From contig DYFC01000010.1 of the NCBI GenBank assembly GCA_020725385.1, positions 23,789 to 87,788 on the forward strand: 64,000 bases of DNA, read 5' to 3'. The notes beneath the pieces are model-generated. The model saw only the letters and a list, made by a program, of their open reading frames with translations. It did not search any database and had not been told where the DNA came from. Source of the stretch: Nitrospira japonica (GTDB lineage Bacteria; Nitrospirota; Thermodesulfovibrionia; Thermodesulfovibrionales; SM23-35). The translations under genes were made by a program, and so were the position numbers. Below are positions 54,640 through 64,000 of this stretch, in pieces; positions within the stretch are counted from its first letter, which is position 1, and each line of letters starts with the position of its first letter.

Positions 54640-55090
54640 TATCTTTATTATTTTGCTTATTTTACTCACATCTGAGTTCGGATATGCTGAGGAGGTAAAA
54701 AAAATAAAGGGGACTATCGTGGTCACATCCGAAAAACTCACCGCTGACAATAAAGCAAACACCGCACTTTTTGAAAATTCAGTTATTGCAAGAACTTCGA
54801 ATATGACTATTTTTGCTGATAAAATGCTTGTTTATTCCGATAAAAGTTCCGGAGATGTCAAACGCATAGATGCATCCGGAAATGTTCGATTAATCAAAGA
54901 CAGGAGAGTTATCACTTCAAAAGAAGCAACTTATTATGCTGATTCTGAAACCATAATATTTACCGGAACTCCAAAGGCTGTTGAAGACAATAATGTTATT
55001 TCTGGAGAAAAAATGACATATTTCATTAATGAAGACCGATTTTTAATTGATAATAGTAAAGTTTTTCTACAAAAAGAAACTGCACATTAA
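54614..55090 (+). CDS. lptA: LPS transport periplasmic protein LptA (OstA-N family)
   Basis: 158 aa with a signal peptide and the pattern ...A.F.G.V........I.AD........ Confidence 0.7.
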   Translation: MSKQLFKNSIFIILLILLTSEFGYAEEVKKIKGTIVVTSEKLTADNKANTALFENSVIARTSNMTIFADKMLVYSDKSSGDVKRIDASGNVRLIKDRRVITSKEATYYADSETIIFTGTPKAVEDNNVISGEKMTYFINEDRFLIDNSKVFLQKETAH

Positions 55091-55099
55091 AGGAAGATT

Positions 55100-55822
55100 A
55101 TGCATATTCTTAATGCTAAAGGGCTTTCAAAACATTACGGAAAGAGAGAAGTTGTAAAAGGTCTTAGCCTCTATTTAAATTCAGGTGAAATAGCCGGGCT
55201 TCTCGGTCCAAATGGTGCCGGGAAAACAACTACCTTCTATATGATGGTAGGTCTTGTAAAACCCGACGGAGGTTCTATTTTTTTTGATAATATAGATATA
55301 ACGTTTTTGCCAATGTATAAAAGGTCTATGATGGGAATCAGCTATCTTCCACAGGAACCATCTATTTTCAGAAAATTAACTGTTGAAGAAAATATCAGAG
55401 CAGTACTTGAAATAAGGGGATTGAACAGGAATGAAATAAATTCAGAGACAGAACGTATTCTTACGGAGTTCAATCTTTTGTCTCTTGCTGAAAAAGAAGG
55501 GTATAAACTTTCCGGTGGAGAAAGAAGAAAGACAGAGATTGCAAGAACTCTTGCTATTAAACCTGACTTCATTTTATTCGATGAGCCCTTTGCAGGAATC
55601 GACCCGATTGCTATAATTGAGTTAAAGAAGATGTTCAAACATCTAAAATCAAAAAATATAGGGATACTTATTACCGATCATAATGTTAGAGATACACTTT
55701 CTATTACCGATAGAGCTTACATTATTAATAATGGAGAAATACTCGAAGAAGGATTGCCGGAAAAACTAATTATGAATCCGCGTGTCAGGGAAACTTTTCT
55801 TGGTGAGGAGTTTACACTCTAA
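55100..55822 (+). CDS. lptB: LPS export ABC transporter ATPase
   Basis: 240 aa. Walker A GPNGAGKTT, signature LSGGERRK, Walker B ILFDEP. Confidence 0.9.
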   Translation: MHILNAKGLSKHYGKREVVKGLSLYLNSGEIAGLLGPNGAGKTTTFYMMVGLVKPDGGSIFFDNIDITFLPMYKRSMMGISYLPQEPSIFRKLTVEENIRAVLEIRGLNRNEINSETERILTEFNLLSLAEKEGYKLSGGERRKTEIARTLAIKPDFILFDEPFAGIDPIAIIELKKMFKHLKSKNIGILITDHNVRDTLSITDRAYIINNGEILEEGLPEKLIMNPRVRETFLGEEFTL

Positions 55823-57261
55823 TGGCACTCGAAAGCAGACTTGAACTTAAATTATCTCAAAAGCTTATATTGACTCCCCAATTGCAGCAGGCTATTAAAT
55901 TGTTGCAACTCCCGCATCTTGAACTATCAGAATTTTTATCACAGGAACTGCTTGAAAATCCGTTTCTTGAAGAGAATTTTGAAGAAACATCTGTTGAAGA
56001 ACTCTCAAATGAAGAAAGGGATACGATTGAATATGACAATGAAATTGAAGACATAGATGCGCCTCTTGAAAAACTTCTTAATTTCACTTCAGAGGATTAT
56101 TTTGAAGAGAGAAGCTCGGATGGCCGTGATATGGGTTATTTTAATCCAGGCACTGTTACAACACCTTCTTTTGAACAATTCATCTCAAAAAAACCTGACC
56201 TCTCCGAGCATCTCATCTGGCAGCTACGACTTTCAAGTGCGCCAGAAAATATTAAAAGAGTAGCAGAAATAATTATCGGAGATATTGATGAAAACGGATA
56301 TTTAACTTCTAACCTTGAAGAAATACAAAATTCAGCAGAAACCGACTTAGAAACTGCACAGAAAGCCTTGGAATTAGTTCAGGGATTTGATCCTTCAGGA
56401 GTAGCAGCAAGAAATATACAGGAATGCCTTCTTCTTCAAATCAGGAATTTGAACCTTGCCGGAACGGTAGTCGAAAAAATCATCCTGCAAAATATGGAAG
56501 AACTTGAGAAGAAAAAATACGCTGCTATTGCACAACAACATGGAGTAACAATTGAAGATATCATGGCTGCACTTAAAATTATCGAAGGACTTGAACCAAA
56601 ACCCGGCAGAACATTTTCGGATGTAAGTACAAATTATATAACACCGGATGTTTTTATTATAAAAACCGAGGATGGCTATCAAATAATATTGAATGATGAG
56701 GGCATACCAAAATTGAGAATAAGCAATTATTATCGACAATTAATCGTGCAGGAAAATGACCTCCCGAAAGAAGAAAGGCAGTTTTTACTTGACAGGATGC
56801 GTTCAGCCACAGGATTGCTTAAAAGTTTAGACCAGCGTAACAGAACAATTTACCGAGTTACCGAAATACTTCTTGAATTACAAAAAGACTTTTTCGAAAA
56901 AGGTTCGGATTACATGAAACCTTTAACTTTAAGGGATGTTGCTGCAAACTTAAATCTACACGAAAGTACAGTTAGTAGAGTTACATCCAATAAATACTTA
57001 TCCTGCCCACATGGTGTGTTTCCTTTTAGATTTCTCTTTAGCAGTGCTTTACATAGCGGTACGGGTAGTGTTTCTTCAACATCAGTAAAAAACAGCATCA
57101 AAAAAATTATAGCTGACGAAAATCCTAAAAAACCTCACAGTGACCAGGAGATTTCTGACCTGCTTAAAAAAAGCGGTATTGTAATTGCAAGGAGAACCAT
57201 TGCCAAATATAGAGAAGAACTCGGGATTCCACCACAAAGTCAAAGAAGGAAAAAAAAATAA
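55822..57261 (+). CDS. rpoN: RNA polymerase sigma-54
   Basis: 479 aa. N-terminal LKLSQKLILTPQLQQAIKLLQL and the C-terminal RpoN box ARRTIAKYR. Confidence 0.95.
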   Translation: MALESRLELKLSQKLILTPQLQQAIKLLQLPHLELSEFLSQELLENPFLEENFEETSVEELSNEERDTIEYDNEIEDIDAPLEKLLNFTSEDYFEERSSDGRDMGYFNPGTVTTPSFEQFISKKPDLSEHLIWQLRLSSAPENIKRVAEIIIGDIDENGYLTSNLEEIQNSAETDLETAQKALELVQGFDPSGVAARNIQECLLLQIRNLNLAGTVVEKIILQNMEELEKKKYAAIAQQHGVTIEDIMAALKIIEGLEPKPGRTFSDVSTNYITPDVFIIKTEDGYQIILNDEGIPKLRISNYYRQLIVQENDLPKEERQFLLDRMRSATGLLKSLDQRNRTIYRVTEILLELQKDFFEKGSDYMKPLTLRDVAANLNLHESTVSRVTSNKYLSCPHGVFPFRFLFSSALHSGTGSVSSTSVKNSIKKIIADENPKKPHSDQEISDLLKKSGIVIARRTIAKYREELGIPPQSQRRKKK

Positions 57262-57276
57262 TTAAAAGGAGGCTAT

Positions 57277-57798
57277 ATGAATATTATAGTTAATGGAAGA
57301 CATCTTGAGGTTACACCTGCATTAAGAAGTTATGTTGAAAAAAAGATTTCGAGGTTTGAAAGATATTTGTCCAATATATCGGAAGCTATTGTAACTTTAC
57401 AGGTTGAGAAATATCGTCATAAAGTAGAGGTTTTATTGAAAGTAAATGGAATTCTTATTCAGGCAGAGGGTATCACAGGTGATGTCTATTCATCAATAGA
57501 TGAAGTCGCAGAAAAACTTGACAGGCAGATTAAAAAATATAAAGAAAAACTTGTCTCCCACAGAAAATACGAAGGCAAAACAGAAACAGCATCTGAAGCC
57601 AAAACTCCTGTTGAAACAGGAAGAATAATAAAAAATAAAAGATTCGAGCTTAAGCCAATGAGCCCTGATGAAGCTGCCATGCAGATGGAACTTCTTGACA
57701 AGGATTTCTTCGTTTTTACCAATGATAGCAACGGAGAAATAAATGTAATTTACAGGAGAAAAGACGGCAATTTCGGCCTCATAGAGCCGGTTAAATAA
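57277..57798 (+). CDS. hpf: ribosome hibernation-promoting factor, long form
   Basis: 173 aa. N-terminal S30AE/YfiA domain and a C-terminal dimerisation domain (FFVFTN...INVIYRRKDGNFGLIEP). Confidence 0.9.
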   Translation: MNIIVNGRHLEVTPALRSYVEKKISRFERYLSNISEAIVTLQVEKYRHKVEVLLKVNGILIQAEGITGDVYSSIDEVAEKLDRQIKKYKEKLVSHRKYEGKTETASEAKTPVETGRIIKNKRFELKPMSPDEAAMQMELLDKDFFVFTNDSNGEINVIYRRKDGNFGLIEPVK

Positions 57799-57803
57799 AC
57801 AAA

Positions 57804-58667
57804 TTGAAAAAGTTCCCATTAATTGTTATAGTAACCGGTCTTTCGGGCTCGGGCAAGACCGTAGCACTTAGGGCCCTTGAAGATTCAGGTTTTTTCTGCG
57901 TTGACAATCTGCCTGTCGCATTAATAGAGGCATTTGTTGCTGAAGTTTCTGGAAATTCCGAAATACGTGAGATTGGTATAGGTATAGACATAAGGGAAAA
58001 AGGGTTTCTAACCGATGTTGAAAATGTTATAAAATCCCTTAAGAATAAATTCCATACAGAAGTGCTTTTCCTCGAAGCAGAGCAGGATGTTTTGTTAAGA
58101 CGTTTTAAAGAGACAAGAAGACCGCATCCGTTACAAGGAAATATTGAAGATGCCATAAAAATTGAAAAAGAAAGACTTTTGGTCTTAAGAGAATACGCCG
58201 ATAAGATTATAGATACATCTTCATTCACTCCCCATCAATTAAGAAGACTTATTATATGCCAATTCAATCTCACTCCAGGTGAAGATATTATGACCGTTGT
58301 CATAATATCTTTTGGTTTTAAGTTTGGAATACCTCAAAATATCGATCTTCTTTTTGATGTACGGTTCCTTCCCAATCCTCACTTCATTCCGGAACTAAAA
58401 CATCTAAGAGGAACCGATAAGAAAGTGGCTGACTTTGTGCTTAAAAATAAAATAGCAAATGCATACATTAAAAAGATTAAAAGTCTAATAGATTTCCTGC
58501 TTCCAAATTATATCAAAGAAGGCAAAACCTTTCTTACAATAGGAATTGGCTGTACAGGTGGTAATCATCGCTCTCCTGCTATTGTAGAAAGACTTGCCCG
58601 TATTATCAAGAAACACCCTGTAAAATTAAATGTTGTTCATAGGGATATTACCTCACAAATACAATAA
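57804..58667 (+). CDS. rapZ: RNase adapter protein RapZ (YvcJ family)
   Basis: 287 aa with a TTG start. P-loop GLSGSGKT and the C-terminal GCTGGNHRS motif. Confidence 0.9.
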   Translation: MKKFPLIVIVTGLSGSGKTVALRALEDSGFFCVDNLPVALIEAFVAEVSGNSEIREIGIGIDIREKGFLTDVENVIKSLKNKFHTEVLFLEAEQDVLLRRFKETRRPHPLQGNIEDAIKIEKERLLVLREYADKIIDTSSFTPHQLRRLIICQFNLTPGEDIMTVVIISFGFKFGIPQNIDLLFDVRFLPNPHFIPELKHLRGTDKKVADFVLKNKIANAYIKKIKSLIDFLLPNYIKEGKTFLTIGIGCTGGNHRSPAIVERLARIIKKHPVKLNVVHRDITSQIQ

Positions 58668-58803
58668 TTTAAGCATCAGCTATTATTAAAATGCGCCGTT
58701 GTGATAAAATTTAATATGCCTGAAATAAGAAATAAGCATCGAATTATTGTAGTAATATCTGTACTTTCAGGGCTATCTCAAAGAATTTATAAACGGTGAT
58801 AAC

Positions 58804-61368
58804 ATGCAGAGATGTTTTGAATTTTTAAATTGCAGTAAAACTGATTGTCCGGCCTATAAATCCGAAATTATTACTTGCTGGCTCGTTCCGGATACATATT
58901 GTCAGAACAATATCCAGAAGAATTCAATCGACAAGCTTGAAATCTGCCCTGATTGTGAATTTTTTCAGTTCGCTGCTGATAAAACAGAAATAAATAAATT
59001 TCTAAAAATTATTAGCAGACAACTCAAGGATTTTAAAAGTGAAATCAAACAAAGGGACTCGGAACTTGAAGATTTAGGTCTTGAATTATCCATAAGCCTT
59101 TCAGAGGTATTTGAAGCTCTTAAAAAAATCGCATCGGGAGACCCTGATGTTAATATAAATGAAGATTCAAAGATAGAGTTAATAGGCAAACTTAAACATC
59201 TTGTGAATCTGACAGCTTCCGAGGTTGCAAAAGGAGTGGACCAATGCCATGAATTCGCTATTTGTCTGGCAGAGTATTTTGATGTATTTCAAAAAGTAAC
59301 CAGCGGAGACCTTACAGCCAGAGTTGACGGGGAATCAGAAACCGAACTGCTTGAATCTTTAAAAAGAAAGATAAATGAAACAATCGAAAGCATTTCAAGA
59401 GAGATTAATGTAAGGAAAAAAGCAGAGGAAGAATTAAGAATTTCAGAAGAAAAATATAGAACTATTTTTGAGAATACAGGAACTCCTATTGTAATCCTTG
59501 AAGAGGATTTAACCATAACCCTCTCAAATTCGGAATTTAAAAAATTTTCTGGAAGTGATAGTAAAAACTTTTCAGAAAAAGTATCCCTTCTGGATTTTGT
59601 AATGCAGGATGATATTGGTAAAATTAAGAATTTTATAAATCATACATTCTCCGGCTTCAATTTGCAGCAGAAAACAACTGAATTCCAGTTCATAAATAAA
59701 AGCGGACAAATAAAAGATATAATCGCTGTTGCTTCAAATATACCCGGCACAAAGAAAACTGTAGTTTCATTTCTTGAAATGACTGCAAGAAAACAAATGG
59801 AAATGGAAGCAATAATAGAGATGAGCGCAGCTTTGCGTTCTGCTCCTGGAAGGGCAGAGATGATGCCGGTCGTCATTGATAATCTAATTAATATCCTCAA
59901 AGGTGACGCAGCAGCACTTGCATTAACAATTCCTTTTAATAAAGAAATAGTCTTTGAATTATCAAGAGGGATATGGAGTGACTGGGCAGGCAAGAAATTA
60001 CATTTCGGAGAAGGAATTACAGGTTATGTGATAGAAACAGGGCAGACTTATCTTAGTAATAACTTATTCTCGGATTCAAAGCTTTCATTAAATGAAAAAA
60101 CAGGAGAAATTCGCTCCGCTGTCTGTGTTCCATTAATAGCGCACGGACAGACAATTGGAGCAATCTGGATAGGTCGAAAATCAGGAATATATGAAAATGA
60201 AATCAGGCTTATCACTGCAATCGGTGAAATAGCAGCGAATGCTATACACAGAGCCACCCTTTACGAACAGACAGAACAGAGACTGCAGAGGCTTTCAGCT
60301 TTACATGGCATAGATATGGCTATAACATCGAGTCTCGATCTCAGGGTTACCCTTAATGTGCTTTTAGACCATGTTACAGCCCAGTTAAAAACCGATGCAG
60401 CAACTGTGTTACTTTTAAATCCTTATTCACAAACTCTTGAATATGCAGCAAGCAGGGGATTCAGGTCAAGAGCAATACAAAATACCAGATTAAGAGTCGG
60501 GGAGGGACATGCAGGCCGTGCTGCTTTTGAAAGGCGTGTTATAAGCATTCCTGATGTTACCAAAAGCAATGATCCGTGTCTTCGTTCAGGGATATTAAAC
60601 AATGATATATTTATCTCACACCATGCTGCACCATTAATTGCAAAAGGGCAGGTCAAAGGTGTGCTCGAAGTATTTCACCGCTCACCGCTTGAACCTGATC
60701 CCGAATGGCTTGAATTCTTTGAATCGCTGGCTTCACAGGCAGCAATTGCAATTGACAATGCATCCCTCTTCAATGAACTTCAACGCTCCAATATTGAACT
60801 TTCATTAGCTTATGACACAACTCTTGAAGGCTGGTCACGTGCTCTTGATATGAGAGATAAAGAAACAGAAGGTCATACAATCAGGGTAGCTGAAATGACT
60901 GTTAAACTTGCAAGAGCTATGGGCATAACCGAACCTGACATCGTCCATATAAGAAGGGGTGCCTTATTACATGATATCGGGAAAATGGCTATCTCGGATA
61001 AAATACTATTGAAAAAAGGACCATTAACACAGGAAGAAAACATCATAATGAAAAAACATCCTGAATATGCTTATGAGATGCTTTCATCAATATCATTCCT
61101 CAGGCATGCCCTTACAATACCTTTATATCATCACGAAAGATGGAATGGAAGCGGTTATCCACAAGGACTTAAAGGTGAGCAGATTCCAATAGAAGCAAGA
61201 ATATTTGCAATCGTTGACGTCTGGGATGCATTAAGGTCAGACCGTCCGTACCGGTCTGCATGGAGTAAGGAAGATGCTCTTGAATACATAAAGAATAATT
61301 CGGGGAAATATTTTGATCCTAAAATTGTTGACATCTTTCTAAGGATAATCCGGAATTCCGGGCACTAA
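58804..61368 (+). CDS. multidomain HD-GYP c-di-GMP phosphodiesterase (Cys-rich N-domain, HAMP-like, PAS, 2x GAF, HD-GYP)
   Basis: 854 aa. HD-GYP motifs HDIGK and HHERWNGSGYPQGL. The N-terminus is CFEFLNCSKTDCPAYKSEIITCWLVPDTYC...CPDCEFF. Confidence 0.85.
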   Translation: MQRCFEFLNCSKTDCPAYKSEIITCWLVPDTYCQNNIQKNSIDKLEICPDCEFFQFAADKTEINKFLKIISRQLKDFKSEIKQRDSELEDLGLELSISLSEVFEALKKIASGDPDVNINEDSKIELIGKLKHLVNLTASEVAKGVDQCHEFAICLAEYFDVFQKVTSGDLTARVDGESETELLESLKRKINETIESISREINVRKKAEEELRISEEKYRTIFENTGTPIVILEEDLTITLSNSEFKKFSGSDSKNFSEKVSLLDFVMQDDIGKIKNFINHTFSGFNLQQKTTEFQFINKSGQIKDIIAVASNIPGTKKTVVSFLEMTARKQMEMEAIIEMSAALRSAPGRAEMMPVVIDNLINILKGDAAALALTIPFNKEIVFELSRGIWSDWAGKKLHFGEGITGYVIETGQTYLSNNLFSDSKLSLNEKTGEIRSAVCVPLIAHGQTIGAIWIGRKSGIYENEIRLITAIGEIAANAIHRATLYEQTEQRLQRLSALHGIDMAITSSLDLRVTLNVLLDHVTAQLKTDAATVLLLNPYSQTLEYAASRGFRSRAIQNTRLRVGEGHAGRAAFERRVISIPDVTKSNDPCLRSGILNNDIFISHHAAPLIAKGQVKGVLEVFHRSPLEPDPEWLEFFESLASQAAIAIDNASLFNELQRSNIELSLAYDTTLEGWSRALDMRDKETEGHTIRVAEMTVKLARAMGITEPDIVHIRRGALLHDIGKMAISDKILLKKGPLTQEENIIMKKHPEYAYEMLSSISFLRHALTIPLYHHERWNGSGYPQGLKGEQIPIEARIFAIVDVWDALRSDRPYRSAWSKEDALEYIKNNSGKYFDPKIVDIFLRIIRNSGH

Positions 61369-61374
61369 AAGTTT

Positions 61375-61740
61375 TCATTCAAGAAAGCTGCTTACAAGTT
61401 TCATCAGTTCCTGAGTTTGTATAGGTTTGGTAAGATATGCATTTGCTCCGATAGCAAGAGCCCGTTTCTTGTCTTCTTCAGCGCCTTCGGTAGTTATCAT
61501 TATAACGGGTATATCTTTATAAGAAGGATTGTTTTTGACAAGACTTACAAGTTTCAGTCCATCCATTATGGGCATATTAATGTCTGCAAGTATTATATCT
61601 ATCTTCTGGGTAGATAGCTTCTTCAAAGCATCCACACCATCAGTCGCCTCGATGACTTTTGAATCCGGTATCCTTTTTACTGCAAACCCTATAAGCTGTC
61701 TCATGGTCGGGGAATCTTCAACAACAAGAATATTTGGCAT
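61375..61740 (-). CDS. cheY: CheY-like single-domain response regulator
   Basis: 121 aa with ILVVEDS, phospho-acceptor ADINMP, and a conserved T/K (ITTEG..., YLTKP). Confidence 0.85.
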   Translation of the reverse strand: MPNILVVEDSPTMRQLIGFAVKRIPDSKVIEATDGVDALKKLSTQKIDIILADINMPIMDGLKLVSLVKNNPSYKDIPVIMITTEGAEEDKKRALAIGANAYLTKPIQTQELMKLVSSFLE

Positions 61741-61750
61741 CTGCCCCTCC

Positions 61751-62575
61751 TTATCTCTTTGGTTTTTCCTTTAAAAGATCAAGAAAACTTTGTATGGTTG
61801 TAAGTTTCCTTTCGGACTGGGTATAAAGCTTCGATGAAAAAATAGCTGTTGCTGCATGACCGGCAAGAAGATTAAAAAGTTCATAATCAATATTTGTAAA
61901 AGCTTTTTTCTGAACAAATAAAGAAAAAATTGCTATTACACCGATTACATGTTCTTTAATCTTAAGGGGAATACAAACAAAAGGCTTTGATATATCCATT
62001 TTCCCTGAAGCTAAATCTGTATTGCTTGCAAAATAACTTTCACCATCTTTAGCAACCCTGCCGATTATTCCTTCGCCGAGTTTTATTTTTGGCATTTCCT
62101 GAGCATTCAATCCTTCCACAGAAACCGGAAGCAGTTCATTCGTCTTTTCATCCATTAGATAAATAGCAAAACGTTCGGCCCCTATCAGATTAATAATTAT
62201 TTCCATAACAATCCTTAAAACTTCATTTATATCAAGAGTCGAATGAAGCTGATAGCTTGCTACATATAGATTTGCAAGATTATTATTTTCACTTTCAACT
62301 TCAACATATTTGGCAGCAAAATCTTTATTTTCTTCCTCAACTTTTTTATACCTTTCTGTTAAAGAATTTATTTCCTGATTAAGCATCCTTATTTGTTCTT
62401 CGTATAGCCTGATTTTCTCTTCGTTACCGGTACTTTCTATAGCCTCTTCAAGCTGGGCAATTCTGAATCTTAGCCTTTCATTTTCCTTTATGAGGTCTTT
62501 TGTAAATTCCTCACCCTTTTTAAATATCTGGAGGAATTCTTCAGCCTTTTTTGAAAGAATGGCTTCTTTTTCCAT
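61751..62575 (-). CDS. coiled-coil + GAF domain protein
   Basis: 274 aa. The N-terminal ~95 aa are heptad-rich (LEEAIE...IRMLNQEINSLTERYKKVEEENKDF), followed by a GAF-like domain. Confidence 0.6.
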   Translation of the reverse strand: MEKEAILSKKAEEFLQIFKKGEEFTKDLIKENERLRFRIAQLEEAIESTGNEEKIRLYEEQIRMLNQEINSLTERYKKVEEENKDFAAKYVEVESENNNLANLYVASYQLHSTLDINEVLRIVMEIIINLIGAERFAIYLMDEKTNELLPVSVEGLNAQEMPKIKLGEGIIGRVAKDGESYFASNTDLASGKMDISKPFVCIPLKIKEHVIGVIAIFSLFVQKKAFTNIDYELFNLLAGHAATAIFSSKLYTQSERKLTTIQSFLDLLKEKPKR

Positions 62576-62601
62576 ATTACCTCCGTTTAATTATCTTTAT
62601 A

Positions 62602-63663
62602 CTATGTGTTTATTTTTTTTATTAATGAAATAATTTCACCCGGTATTTCATTTACAGGGAGTACTTTCATGGCTGCACCTGCTTTGGCTACCTCAGCAGG
62701 CATACCATTTACAATAGCGGTATCTTCAGATTCTACTATAGTATAACCTCCTGCTTTTTTAATGTCCAGCATGCCAGCAGTTCCATCATTGCCCATACCG
62801 GTAAGGACAACACCCAATGTTTTTGATTTATAGATATTTACCAGAGATGACATCATCATATCAATAGAAGGCACATATTTATCGGTATGTTTTGGTTCTT
62901 TTATCATTATAAATACTTTCTTCCCGCGTTTATAAAAAGTCATATTAGCACCTCCAGGACATATAAAAGCTTTCCCGGGTTCAAGTTCATCTCCTTCTGA
63001 AGCTTCTTTAATCTTAATCTTACAGATACTGTTTAACCTCTCAGCAAAAGAACCGGTAAAACCTTTCGGCATATGCTGACTTATAACGATAGATGCTGGG
63101 AAATCAGAAGGCAATTTGGTAAGTATGATGCTTAAAGCAGAAGGACCTCCTGTTGATGAACCTATGGCAACTGTTTCGATATTATATTCTCCGGGAATAT
63201 ACGTGCTTTCAGAACTACCCTCTTTCTCAAGAATCTCAAGATTTTTACTCAACCTATCAAGTCGCAACGCTTTCATTCCTTTTACTTTTAAAAGAAGGTC
63301 CTTAACCATGTTCTGATAGTCGGGTGAAGAAATTTTTGGTGGCTTTGCAATAAAGTCTGCGGCTCCCATTTCGAGTGCTTTGAAAACAGTCTTTGAATCC
63401 GAAAATGAACTCACAATAATAACCGGCGTTGGCTTATTCTTCATAAGCCATCTTAGAAATGTAAACCCGTCCATTTCCGGCATTTCAAGGTCGAGAGTTA
63501 TCAAATCGGGCTTAAGTCTTATAGTCTTGGACATTGCATCGATTCCATCGGATGCTACACCTGCAACTTCAATATGACTATCGGTTTCGAGCATTTTCTT
63601 AATTGTCTGCCTGCTATATGCAGAATCATCAACGACCAGAACTTTGATTTTAGGCATTTGCAT
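62602..63663 (-). CDS. cheB: chemotaxis response regulator protein-glutamate methylesterase
   Basis: 353 aa with a receiver domain (VLVVDDS...DLEMP) and the CheB catalytic domain (GSSTGGP, HM, GMGNDG). Confidence 0.95.
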   Translation of the reverse strand: MQMPKIKVLVVDDSAYSRQTIKKMLETDSHIEVAGVASDGIDAMSKTIRLKPDLITLDLEMPEMDGFTFLRWLMKNKPTPVIIVSSFSDSKTVFKALEMGAADFIAKPPKISSPDYQNMVKDLLLKVKGMKALRLDRLSKNLEILEKEGSSESTYIPGEYNIETVAIGSSTGGPSALSIILTKLPSDFPASIVISQHMPKGFTGSFAERLNSICKIKIKEASEGDELEPGKAFICPGGANMTFYKRGKKVFIMIKEPKHTDKYVPSIDMMMSSLVNIYKSKTLGVVLTGMGNDGTAGMLDIKKAGGYTIVESEDTAIVNGMPAEVAKAGAAMKVLPVNEIPGEIISLIKKINT

Positions 63664-64000
63664 GAACTCCTTTTCTTTCAGGTTTTTGATAAACCATGTC
63701 GTACTTGAAATGCTTTAAATTGAAGGCAGTAGATATATTGATTAAAGATTCTGCATGACCGAGTAAGAGATACCCTCCATCTACAAGTCTGTTGTAAAAA
63801 CTTTCTACCACTTTCTTACGGGCGGGATAGTCAAAATATATTAATACATTTCTACAGAATATGACATCAACAACCCCGATTAACTTTATTTTATCCGGGT
63901 CAAGCAGGTTAAGGTGATTGAAGTTTACAAATTGTTTTACAGTATCAGAAATCTTATATATTCCATCTTCTTCTTTGAAATACCTTCTTAGGTGGTAAGT
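63650..64000 (-). CDS. cheR: chemotaxis protein methyltransferase, C-terminal part (5' end outside window)
   Basis: My manual translation is ...VIFCRNVLIYFDYPARKKVVESFYNRLVDGGYLLLGHAESL...*. The stop lies at 63650-63652, overlapping the cheB start by 14 nt. The ORF is absent from the track because it has no start in the window. Confidence 0.85.
   Translation of the reverse strand, partial: TYHLRRYFKEEDGIYKISDTVKQFVNFNHLNLLDPDKIKLIGVVDVIFCRNVLIYFDYPARKKVVESFYNRLVDGGYLLLGHAESLINISTAFNLKHFKYDMVYQKPERKGVHANA

Overview
This 64-kb window comes from a low-G+C bacterium with an outer membrane (lptCAB, LolA-like, OmpA-family and SurA-like genes). It is probably anaerobic, given two 8-haem c-type cytochromes, several radical-SAM enzymes, NrdR and sigma-54. 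I cannot assign a taxon from the sequence alone. About 85% of the window is ordinary, densely packed housekeeping sequence: mfd, hisG, tsaD, cca, ligA, fabG-acpP-fabF-rnc, nrdR-glyA-rpiB, metG, holB, tmk, lptCAB-rpoN-hpf-rapZ and a cheY/cheB/cheR cluster, plus tRNA-Pro(UGG) and tRNA-Val(GAC). The region most worth a second look is the minus-strand block at about 41.6-49.7 kb. A radical-SAM/SPASM enzyme is translationally coupled to a 405-aa protein. That protein has a twin-arginine-like N-terminus, 15 tandem C-x(2,3)-D units (18 Cys in about 100 aa), a second internal Tat-like signal and an IPTL-CTERM-type C-terminal anchor. This looks like a ranthipeptide-style Cys-Asp crosslinking system built into a Tat-exported, surface-sorted protein, and I do not recognise it as a described system. 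It sits at the edge of a visibly more G+C-rich islet. The islet carries HicAB, DUF3368/UPF0175 and HigB/HTH-ImmA modules, one intact and one truncated RayT (REP-associated Y1 transposase), and four diverged copies of the same gene-3'-end fragment. Other points: a small zinc-ribbon ORF interrupted by an in-frame TGA; a copper locus (YHS mini-protein, a secreted protein that is 18% Met, and a CopA with YHS and HMBD N-terminal modules); a five-member MITE-like intergenic repeat family; an OmpA-family protein with 28-residue coiled-coil repeats; and several unusual domain fusions. No CRISPR array, rRNA or prophage was seen. All functional calls rest on motifs read by eye and on remembered family signatures. 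No database search was run.
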